Source of the DNA: Kiritimatiellia bacterium
GTDB taxonomy: Bacteria > Verrucomicrobiota > Kiritimatiellia > CAIQIC01 > Lenti-01
Assembly: GCA_045627965.1 (NCBI GenBank)
Contig: JAZQOP010000315.1
Location: 1 to 57,011, forward strand
Direction: 5' to 3'
DNA: 57,011 nucleotides
The translations under genes and the position numbers were made by a program. Under the pieces are notes generated by a model. It made no database searches, was not told the DNA's origin, and worked only from the letters and a program-made list of their open reading frames with translations. Below are positions 21,401-33,400 of the stretch, in pieces; within the stretch, counting starts at the first letter, position 1; each line of letters begins with the position of its first letter.

Positions 21401-24400
21401 ACACGAATAGTTAGCGTTGACGACATTTCCTTCAAGCACGCAATTCCACAACGTTGCTCCGTACGTGCCACCGCCATACGCAGAACCTGTATTGCCACGA
21501 ACGACATTGCTCACCAAGTTGCAGTTGCGCAATGTTCCGTAGTAGGCACCGCCGCCATCATAGCCCGCCATGTTCCCGCGATAGGTGCATCCTTCCGCTG
21601 TTCCATAGTAAGTGCCTCCACCGTACGTGTATGGATCGCCGTTCCAAGCAAACCCGCCGTTCTCTTCCAATACGCAATCCAACAGCGTTGAATAGTATGC
21701 ACCACCGCCATCTCGCGCCTGGTTGCGCGTCAGAACGCAGTCCGTCAGCTGGCAATAAGAGACAGCACCGCCATTATAATTGGCTGTATTATCCGCCAAC
21801 TCGCAGTTCGTCAGCTCGCTGAGTACAGCCGCGCCCCCCTCGCCAGCGCTGTTGTTTGTAAAGATGCAATCGACTGCCGCACCATTCATCAAACCGCCAG
21901 CGTATGTCGTGTACGGATTGTTCTGCGCATTCCCGTTCCGAATCGTGAATCCCTTCAAAGTGTTCCCCGATTTGTTCGTTTCGCCCCAAGAGTAATTCCC
22001 GACGTTTCCGTGCCAGAACGCCACGCACCGATTGGTCCCGCCGCCGTCGATAATAGTCGTTTGCGCTCCGTCCGTGCTCTCGAGCAGAAGATTCGTCGTC
22101 ACGGTTTCGAAGGGCCCGTACACGCCGGGATGTACCATGATGACATCTCCTGAATCCGCCAGCGAAACCGCCTGGCGAATGCTTGCCAGAGGGGCATCTG
22201 CCGTCCCTGCGTTGCCATCATTGCCTGCCGCCGCATCCACCCACCATGTGGCAGGCGCGAAAACAGCCTCCAAGATGCCATTCCCTTGAATATTCGCCCA
22301 AACATATGTGGTTTCCGTTCCCACCGACTCACCCTCGATCCTCCATTCAACGAATGGATGGACTCCATCGGGCAATGCAGTAAAGGTCACATCCTCGCCA
22401 CCTGTCACCCAGTGGAGCATAGGCTCGACGTTTCCATGACCAATGACTTTCACGCGAATGCGTTCAGCCTCCACGACGCCTTCACACGGGCCGATATCCA
22501 CAACGTCGTTCAGGATACGATCCATCCCAACAAGGTCCACTTGGTTACTCACATAGCCATTCCACCCCGCATCCACCGCTGGTGACCCCATCATCATTCG
22601 ATAATCCCCGCCCTCAAGGCTCGCAAATTCAACCTGTCCAACCACGCCTGTCGTAAAGCTTCCATAGCGGAATGCATTTGTCGAAGGCACGCAGCAATGG
22701 TCCATGCGGATGTAATCTCCGCCGGCCGCCGACGCTAGGCAATTCAACCAAGTCGAATCATAGCCTTCAGCAGCATAACTCGCGGTATTCCCGTAGATCA
22801 AACAATTAACGAACGTCCCATAATAGGTCCCGCCTGCATACGAGCTAGCTTCATTTTCAACAAATACACTATCCTGTGCATAACCGTAGTATGCCCCAGC
22901 ACCGCAATAGGCCCCGGCGTTTCTACGAACCACGCAGGCAGTTAGATGGCAATCATACGTGCCAGCGCCATAATATCCTGAACCGACACGATTTTCCTCG
23001 ACAACGCAACGAAGCAGCTCAGATTGATACGATCCGCCACCATGCTGTCCTGCCTGATTTCGCACAAAAGTGCAATCCATTGCAACACCCGCACAGCTTC
23101 CTCCGCCAGAATATTGGGCTTGATTACTCTGAACTGTGCAGACCCTCAAGTCGCATTGGCACACACCGCCACCTGCAGATGTCGCAAGGTTTCCAATTAC
23201 ATCGCAACGGATCAAATCGCTCGCGTAGGCCCCGCCGCCATTATATGCAACGTTATTCTTCAGAACGCAATCCTCCGCAACACCTCGGATCAGCCCCCCC
23301 CCGATTGAGTCCCCCACATTTCCGTTTTGCAACGTAAAGCCGATCAGCACATTCCCTGAACGATTCGTCGAACCTGTGTTCCCTTCATATCGGTCCCAGA
23401 AGCTAACACACCGATCTGTCCCGCCGCCGTCGATAATGGTCGCCTCGGCCCCCTCCGTGCTCTCAATGTGCAGATTCGTATTCGTCGTCGAAATCGGCTC
23501 ATATACGCCCGGACACACCCAGATGGTTTCACCCGAATACGCCAGTTCTACCGCCCGTTGGATCGTCGCCAACGGAGCATTGCTTGTTCCGGTATTCGCA
23601 TCATCGCCGATTGCCGAATCCACCCACCAACATTCCGGCCGCGACAAGTCAAGAAAAACGGCCACGATCTCGGTTGCACCCTGTACATTGTCCACCACAA
23701 GCGTTGTGTTCGTCCCCGCCGTCTCGCCATCGCGCCGCCATTCAGCGAACGACCACCCCTCAGTTGGCGTAGCCGTCAAGACAATGTTCTCGCCTTCATC
23801 CAGCCACGCGCCCATCGGTGAAACCGTTCCATTTCCGCTTGCCGACACGTCCACCCGCATCAAATCGACAAATACTGCCGTTACTGTCATCGCAGCCTGA
23901 ACGTTCTCCATTGTCAACGTCAGATTCGTTCCCGCCGACACTCCGTCCTGCTGCCACTCCACAAATTTGGTACCTTCGTGTGCTGTGGCTGTCAGGGATA
24001 CGCTTCCGCCTTCCTCCACCCAGGCCCCCATCGGCGACACCATCCCGTTGCCATTCACCGCCACGGACACCCGCAGCATCCCCGTCATATCCGTGGCTCC
24101 CTCGTAGGCGCCAAGATCCACAATGTTGTCCTGCACGCGCGCATTCCCCGCCAAGTCCAGTTCGCTCAACCAGTCCGCCACTGTTCCAGCGTTCAGGCAC
24201 GGCGACCCCGCCAGCAAACGATAATCGCCATTCTCGGCATCCACAAACAGAGGATTGTCCAACACAAGCCCCTCTCCTGCCGAGGCATCCACTCCCTCTA
24301 CGCAGGAGTACGCCAGTGTCCCAGCGTCCATGTACACCGTATTCTCCCCTGCCCCCCACAGGATGCTGTTGATGATCGTCGCCCCGTATGCATCTGCACC

Positions 24401-27400
24401 ACCTTCATAGGTCGCGGAATTCCCCGAGATCGTGCAGTTGACTGCCTGCCCGATAAAAATGCCACCGGCATAATCCGCCGTGTTCCCTGTCACTAGACAG
24501 CTCTCCAGGCAGCTTCCCGCCGCGCCACCGCCTGCATATGCCGAACACCCAGTCACAACACACCGCAACAGCACACCGCCCAGCGCGCCACCGCCATACG
24601 TATACCCTTGATAATACTGCCCAACCCCGTTCCGCAGCGTGAATCCTTCCAGCACGCTGTTCGTCATCGGTTCATCGCTGTAAATTCCCTGCAAATCACC
24701 CAGCATTGCACAGCATGACGCGCCACCGCCGTCGATAATCGTTAACGAAGGCCCCGCCGTACCGACGATTCGCAATGTTTTGCTCTCTGTATTGATCGGC
24801 CCATAGATTCCCGGCCCCACCAAAATGACATCTCCATCCCCGCTCCGCAACACCGCGGACTGAATACTTTGCAACGGATGTTCTTCGCGCCCGTCGTTTT
24901 CGTCATTCCCCGTCGTCGCATCCACCCACAGCGCGGCCGTTTCGAAAACAGCTCGGAGCTCAACAAGACCCGTTCCCGCAATCCAGTCGTACGTCGGCGA
25001 CGTGCCAACCGTCTCCCCTGCGATTTCCCAGCGCAAGAACGATGCTCCGTTCAGCCCTGTCGCCGCGAACAGCACATGCTCTCCAGTAGCCGCCGAGGCA
25101 CTCGTGGGTTCAACGTATCCGCTGCCAACAGCCCACGCGCACGCCGATGCATACGATTCAAAGACAGCCGTCAGCGCCACATCTTCCGTTCCTGCTATCC
25201 ATTCATATGTGGTCGACGTCCCTACTGTTACCCCGCCAATCTCCCAACGGAGGAAGGATGCACCGTTTTCGCCTGTCGCAGAGAAGACAACGCTTTGGCC
25301 GAACACCGCCGTCACGTTTGTCGGAGAAACAGAGCCCGTACCCGTCACCGCAACAGTTGCCGTCACGGCCCCCTGATTTTCGTATGCACCCATGTCTGGG
25401 CGGCTCCCGTATCTCCGAGCATTGCCAGCCAAATCCAACGGCGTACTCGATGAATAGGATGCACTTCCCGTATCGATGCAAGGCGACCCCAGCTGCAATG
25501 CGTAGTTTCCTGCTCCCACATCCACAAGCATTGGATCACTGCTGATGCATCCTGTTCCCGATCCACCTCCCTGCAAGCAGGAATAATAGCATGAGCCGTA
25601 ATAACTGCTGTATTGGTAGCCGTTATTCCACACAATACAGTTTCGAAGCGTCGGTTTATTGTAGACGCCACACTCCGAATTATTCACAATCGTGCAATGC
25701 GTCGCCGTTCCCCCATACACACCAGTATAGCTGTTTCGGGCAACCAAACAATTCTCCAACTGGCAATCTTGCGCAGCCCCGCGCAGACCCACATCATTGT
25801 CCGTCAACTGGCATCGAACAAGAGTACATTGCCATGCCATGCCATACCCGGAATTGTTCCCCGTCATAAGGCAATCTTCCAGGCATGTTCCCCTCGTCAC
25901 TCCATAGCTGTTTGTATTCCCCGTCACTACACAGTGTTCCAACTTTCCGTAAAGCGCAGCTCCACCCGTTTCCGATCCACCATTCCGCAATGTAAAGCCA
26001 GCCACAACGCTGTTCGTCCCTGTCGTCCCCAAATCTGCGCAACGTGCAACAGCTCCTCCATCAATAATCGTCACAGCCGCTCCGTCTGTACTTTCAATGC
26101 GAATGCTCCTCCCCCCTGTCACAATAGGCCCATATGTTCCCGGCTTCACTTTTACAATCATGCCAGTTGTTGCCGCATCCACAGCCGCCTGGATTGTCGC
26201 CTTGGGCGAATTCCGACCACCAGGCCAGCTGTCATCGCCATGTTCCGCATCCACCCACATCGTCGGGTCAAATTTCGCCGTCAGCGTGCTCCCGGCCCCC
26301 GTCACGGGGCCCCACGTCCACGTGCGGTCCATACTCAGAAGCACACCATTTTGCCACCATCCTAGGAAGTCATCACCTTCTGCCGTAAACACGACCATGC
26401 CGTTATTCGTCGTCACTCCTCCCGCAGGAATTACCCGACCGGCCCCCTCAACAACCACCGGCATGCCCCACCAAACGGTTCCGTCGCTTTCATAGGCCCC
26501 CATGTCAGGAGCACCACCCTGAACACGCGTCTTCCCCTCTACGTCCATTGCCGAATTCGTTGCAAACGACGCATCGCCCGCATTCATGCACGGCGAATCG
26601 GCCTGCAGGAAACATAACCCAGCCGTGAGGTTTACAAGCCGTGGATTCGATGTAATGCACCCATTCGTGGCGCCGCCCCCCTCCACGCAGGAAAACGCAT
26701 TGCTCCCGTATGTGCTTGCAATTGCGTTGCCCCAAACGATGCAGTTCCGCAATGTCGTGCAGTTCACCACTCCAGCACCACCGTTCCCCGCAATGGTACA
26801 ATGCGTCGCCGTCCCGCCATATACGCCGTTGCTGCTGTTCCCCACAATCAGGCAGTTGTCCAGCTGGCACCTTTCCGCGGCCCCCCAGATATATGTCTGC
26901 ACATTGTCTCGGATGACACAACGGATCATCGTACAGTCGTAAGCGGTTCCTGGTCCCGAGTTCCCATACAGCTCGCAGTCCTCCAGCCAAGTCCTTACTG
27001 CCGCATATCCATCCATATTGCCCGTGAGAATGCAATGTTCCAAGTGCCCGCACTCCACAGCGCTGGGGCTATTCGTTCCATTTGTCAACGTGAAGCCCAC
27101 CAGCACACTGTTCGTATCTTCCGAACCGCCGCCCAAATCCGCGCACCGTGCCGTCCCGCCGCCATCGATGATCGTTTCGACCGCCCCGGCCACGCTTTCC
27201 ATCCGCAATGTCTTTCCGAATGTCTTGACGGATCCATATGTCCCAGGCAGAACTTTCACGAGTCCGCCCTCAGGAACTTTCATTACCGCAGCGTTCAATG
27301 TCTTCAGCGGGGACTCCTCCGTACCAGGGTTGCCGTCATCGCCATTTTCGGCATCAACCCAAATGCAGCCCTCAAATACAGCCGTCAAACCCCCGCACTT

Positions 27401-30400
27401 CGGCTCCGTTTCCCATGCGAAGGCCTTGCCTGTCCCCACCCACTCGCCATTCACCTTCCACCCCAGGAACGGATACCCGGTCTCCTGCGCCAGGAAGACC
27501 GCATCCGAATCCGATGTCGTGTCCAAAGCCATCGGATCGACCCGTCCGATGCCTTCGATTTCCACTCGGATAATCGAAGCCGCACCCTCCAGGGCTCCCA
27601 TGTCCACCCTGCCATCCTGGATGCGCGCCCGGCCCTGCAGGTCCATTTCGCCACAAGCATAGGCATTATCCCCGGAATCCACGCCCGGCGAACCCATCAT
27701 CAGGCGGAAGTCGTCCGCCGCCGAATCAACGAACAACGGCATAGCCGTCACGCAATTGTTCGCCGTCGTGCCGCCCTCGATGCAACAATTCCACGGCGTA
27801 GCGCCCCACACGACATTTGTCCCGCTCCACGCCTGGTTGCTCCAAATGATCGTGTTGTAGAGCGCATTCGGGCTGTATACCGTGTTGCTCCCGCTATTTC
27901 CCCAGATGGTGCAGCCGTACAGATACGCCCAAGCCACCGCACCACCGTCTCTCATGCTCGTGTTTCCCGTCAGCAGGCAGTTTTTCAACACACTGTCGGC
28001 CGCCGCGGCTCCGTAGCAGCTCCCGTTGTAGGTGTTGCTCACGCTGTTCCCCGTCAGGATGCAGCGGTCCAGCGATCCGTAATACGCGCCCCCGCCCGAA
28101 TTGTCGTTCCAGCCGTTCCGCAGCGTGAAGCCTGTCATTTGCGTGTTCGTCGTCGAACCGAAGTCCGCGCAGCGGTTCGTTCCGCCGCCATCGATGATCG
28201 TCCGCTCAGGACCGGCCACGCTCTTCAAATGGATCAGCCGGTTCGACGTCGCCACTGGGGCATACACGCCCGGCGCGACCAGGATTGTGTCGCCCTGGCG
28301 GGTCAACGCCACACCGCGCTGGAGCGTCGCCACCGGATGCTCCGCGCTCCCGTCATTCGCATCATCGGCGGCGGCTCCGCCCACATGCACATCTGCGCCA
28401 CGGAACCGTGCCGTCAAGACACCGCCCTCCGTTACGCCGTTCAAGGACAGCGTGAGATTCGTCCCTACGCACCGTCCCTGCCACCACCACCCGTCAAAGG
28501 CATGGCGCCCGTCTTCCGTCGCCGTAAAGCGTGCAAGGCCATACATCGGCACATCGACGGACATCGGCGAGACGCTGCCCACGCCATCCACATACACCGA
28601 CACGCGGATCGCGGCCTCTTGCGTCACGGCGCCTTCATACGCCCCCAAATCCGACGCCCGGCCCTGCGTGCGCGCCGCGCCGGCCAAATCCGTCGTGGTG
28701 TAGACATAGCCCGCATAGCCGGCATCGATGCACGGCGACCCTGCCAGCAAACGGAAATCCCCATCCGCCACATTCGCAAACATCGGATCGGAATAGAGGT
28801 TGCAATACTCGTAGCTCGGTGTCCGTTCCCCCACGATGCAGCTATAGTAGACGGAGGTGTTGTCGACCTGGATCGAGTCTTCTCCGCCATTGCCACCGCA
28901 GATGCTGTTGAACATTGCACCGCCATACATTCCGGCCCCTTGCGGCGCGCGGTTGCCCCAGATCGTGCACTGGTAGACAGAGCCATAGCACATCCCGCCG
29001 CCTCGGCTAATCGCTTCGTTTTCCACCAGCAAGCAGTCATAAGCATTTCCGCCGTAAATGCCGCCGCCGTAATTCGCACGGTTCTCGATGAGGCGACAAC
29101 GGTGCAAAATACTGTAATATGATCCGCCACCATAGGACGAAGCATAATTGCCTTCCAGCACGCAGTCTTCCAACTGTCCGCACAACGCGCCACCACCGTA
29201 ACCGCCCATGTTTTCGCCGTTGCTAGTCGTTCTCCCGTTCCGCAAGGTGAATCCAACCAGGATCGTATTCGTATCGGAAGAACTGTAGCTCGTTTGCATT
29301 GTCAAGCGTGCGCAGCGCCCCGTCCCGCCGCCGTCCACGATCGTCACCGCTGCCCCGTCCGTGCTTTCAATCCGCACCTTCCGGTTCGTGCTGCAGAACG
29401 GAGCATACGTCCCCGGATGCACCCAAATGACCTCAATCGGCTCAGGCCATTCCACGGCGCGCTGGATCGACGCCAGCGGATGCTCCAGGCTCCCGTCGTT
29501 CGAATCGTCCGCCCCCTCTCCGCCCACATGAAGGCCCCAGTCGCCGAACACCGCCGTCAACTGCCCTGCCGCCGTCACCTCGCCCCATTCATACGTCAAG
29601 CCGGTCCCCACCACCGTCCCGTCGATCTCCCAGCGGACGAATGGATGATGTTCATCGGCCGGCACCGCCGTAAAGACCACGCTTTCCCCGAGCAAGGCGC
29701 TCATCGGGGTCACGCGGCCCGTTCCGACAATGCTTACGCCCACACCGACAACCGTCCCTTCATACGCCCCCATATCCGGACCGGCGCCTTGCACGCGGGG
29801 GGCCCCCGCAATATCCGTCCCGGCGGCATCCGCATATTGGGCGCTTCCCGCATCCGCGCAGGGAGACCCATCCAACAGACGGAAATCCCCGCTGGCGACA
29901 CTCACCAGGAGAGGATCCTCCAGGATGCACCCCGTTCCGCCGCCCCCTTGGTCCACGCAGCTGTAGAACATGTTCACGGAATCATAGTTTTCAAGCCCGT
30001 TCCCCCAGACGATGCTGTTCCTGATGGTCGGGTAATACACCCCCCACCCCGTATTCCCGACGATCGTGGAGTGCGTCACTGTCCCATATCGCACGCCGTT
30101 CCCTACGTTGTTGGCGACCACGCAGTTGTCCAGCGTCACATTTTCCGTCGTCCCGTATCCCGCATTCGTATTTGCCAGGTAGAGCGTCCGCGTCGCCTGA
30201 CCGCCATAGTGCAGCCCGTCGTTCGACACCAGCACGCGGTTCCCGACGACCTCGCAGTCCGTCAATGCCGCCCCGTTGCAGATAATGCTGTTCGTCCCTT
30301 CGTTCCACTCGAAGCGGCAACGGGCATGCGTCCCGCCGTTCACGCCGGCGCCATAACGGCTCCGGTTCCCAACCACGTTGCAATTCGACAACGTCGCGTA

Positions 30401-33400
30401 ATAGGCGCCGCCGCCATTCCCGTTGTTCGTCGCCTGGTTCCAGCTGATTTCCGCCCCGGCGACCGTCCCGTTGTAGCAGCCGCCACCGGAATAGTTCGCG
30501 ACGTTGCTGCAAATGGTTCCGCCTTCGATCGCCGTCCCATAGGTCCCGCCGCCATAGTTGGCCGTGTTTTCACGGACGTCGCAGTCTGCCAGCATTCCGT
30601 AATAGATCCCGCCGCCAGAATACACCGCCACATTCCCTTCCAACACGCAATTCCGCAGAACGCTGTAATAGGCACCGCCACCATAGCTTGCCGTGTTTCC
30701 GCGAATGACGCAATCCTCCAGCGTCCCGAAGTTTGCACCGCCACCGGAATTGCTACTTCCCAAATCCGCCCCCGTCAGCGTCAGGCCGCGTAAGACCGTA
30801 TTCGTATGGTAGGAGTTGTTCCCCAACGTCGCGCATCGCATTCCGCTGCTGCCGACCACGACCGTCTCCGATGCGCCGGCCGTCCCCACGACGACGATGA
30901 GCTTGTTCGCCGTCGAGAACGGCGCATACGTCCCCGGAGCCACCCGGACCTCATCCGTGCTTCCGGCCAGGTCGACACCGCGCTGGATTGTCGCCACCGG
31001 ATGCTCCGCGCTACCGTCGTTCGCATCATTCCCGGCCGTCGCGTCCACATACACGCAGAGCGAACCGAAACGGGCGGTCAGCAGGCCCGCCTCTCCGTTA
31101 TTGGGCCAGACATACGTCGCCTCGGTCCCGACCACTTCCCCGTCGATTTCCCAGCCCAGGAACGGGCGTCCTTCCAAGCCTTCCGCCGTGAACACGATTT
31201 CCGTCCCGGCGCCTTCCAGGGCCGCCGCAGGGGGCGTTACCGTTCCCAAGCCGACGATTTCGACCCGAACGGCCCGAACACCGCCTTCGCACGCCCCCAT
31301 ATCCGGCGCAAGGCCCTGCAGGCGAGCCGCCCCGAGGAGGTCCGTCCCCGCACCATCCGCATACGCCGGATCCCCCGCATCCACGCACGGCGACGCATCC
31401 AGCAGGCGCCAATCGCCTCCCTGGACCGCCAAAATAAGCGGGTTGTTCGTGATGCACCCCTCGCCGCCCTGACCGCCTTGCAGGCAACTGTAGGTTACAT
31501 TCCCCGTGTTGAAGTAGTTCGTCGCATTGCCCCAAACAATGCTGTTCCGCATCGTCGGATAGTTCACTCCCTGTTCGCTGTTGCCCACAACCGTGCAATG
31601 CGTCAACGTGCCGCCGCTCACGCCGTTCCCCTCGTTGTTCGCCACCACGCAGTTGTCCAGCGTCATCGAGCTCACCGCCCAGCCGCCGTTCTGCATCCGA
31701 TTTCCCACGATCCGGCAGCGCGTCGCCGAATTGCCATACATCAAGCTGTTCGTCACGGCATTGTTTTCCACCACGCAATCGTACAACGTCGAGTAATAGG
31801 TCACATAGGAGTTTGCCTCGTTCCCCGAAATCACGCAGTTGGACAGCGTCCCGTAGCCGACAACATAGCCCTGGGCCCGATTATTACGGATTTCGCATCC
31901 GGTCAGCACCCCATTATCGCTTGCGCCATACTGGTAGAGGGCCACATTCCCCTCCAGCACGCAATTCGTCGCGTTGGCGGAATTGAGCCCGCCGGCATAA
32001 TTCGCCGTATTGCCGCGCACTTCACATTCGTCCAGCGAACCGCAATACGCGCCGCCGCCCCAGTTCCGCGCCACGTTCCCTTCCAGCACGCAATTCCGCA
32101 GGACGCTATAATAGGCGCCCCCGCCATAGTTGGCCGTATTCCCGTGAATGACGCAATCTTCCAGCGTTCCGTAGATCGCCCCGCCGCCATCGGCGCTGGT
32201 GCCCAGGTCCGCCCCCGTCAGCGTCAGGCCACGGACGAGCGTATTCGTGTCGCCGTAGGAGCCGCCCAGCGTTGCACAACGCACGCCGGCGCGCCCCAGC
32301 ACGACCGTGTTCGACGCCCCCGCAGTCCCTTCAACCACAATGGCCTTGTTCGCCGTCGAAAACGCCTCGTAGGACCCCGGCGCCACGGCCACGCGATCGC
32401 CGGCGAGCGCCAGCTCGACGCCCCGCTGGATCGTCGCGACGGGAGCCGTGCTCGTCCCGTCGTTCGCATCGTTCCCCGTTGCGGCATCCACATACACCGT
32501 CCCCGACCCGAACATCGCCGTCAACACGCCGGAAGCCCCGGTGTTCGACCACACATAGGTCGCATTCGTCCCGACCAGCTCGCCGTCCACCTTCCAGCCC
32601 AGGAACTCCCGCTCCCCGCCCGCCGTGAATGTCAGCTCGTCGCCCGCATCCTCCAGCAGCGCCGTCGACGGAGTGACCGTTCCGCGGCCTTCCATCACCA
32701 CGCACACGGCGCGAATGCCGCCTTCGAAGGCCCCCATATCCGGCCCCTCACCCTGAATGCGAGCACCCCCGGCCAAGTCAACGGCCAGCGCCGTCGCATA
32801 CACCATGCTCCCGGCATCCACGCACGGCGAAATATCCAGCAACCGCCAATCTCCGGCCGCCGAATCCACGAAAAGCGGATGGGCCGTCACGCCCTGCACC
32901 CCGCCATTCCCCGTATCGGCGCAGCTGAAGAGCAGATCCGAAGTATTGTACAGGTTCGTCAAGCTCCCCCAGATGATGCTGTTGCGCACCGTTGGATAAT
33001 ACACGCCCCAACCCGAGTTCCCCACAATGGTGCAGTGCGTCGCCGTCCCATACTGGACACCGCCGCCCGAATTGTTCGCCACCAGGCAGTTGGACAAGGT
33101 CGACGAATAGGTCGCACCGCCCTGGTTCAGGGAAACATTGTCGCGGATCGACACCCCCGTCAACGTCCCGCCATAGCATCCGGCGCCGTAATTCGCCCGG
33201 TTTCCAACGATTTCGCCGCCTTCGATCGTTCCGTTACAAGTCCCGCCGCCATCGTTCCGCGCCACATTGCCCCGGATCACGCAATTCGTCATGCTTACGT
33301 TCATCGTCGCACCGCCACTTCCGCCCGATTCATTCCCCTCGACCGTGCAATCGCGCATGAAACCGCAATTCATCGCACCGCCGTCCCCCCCGGCCGTGTT

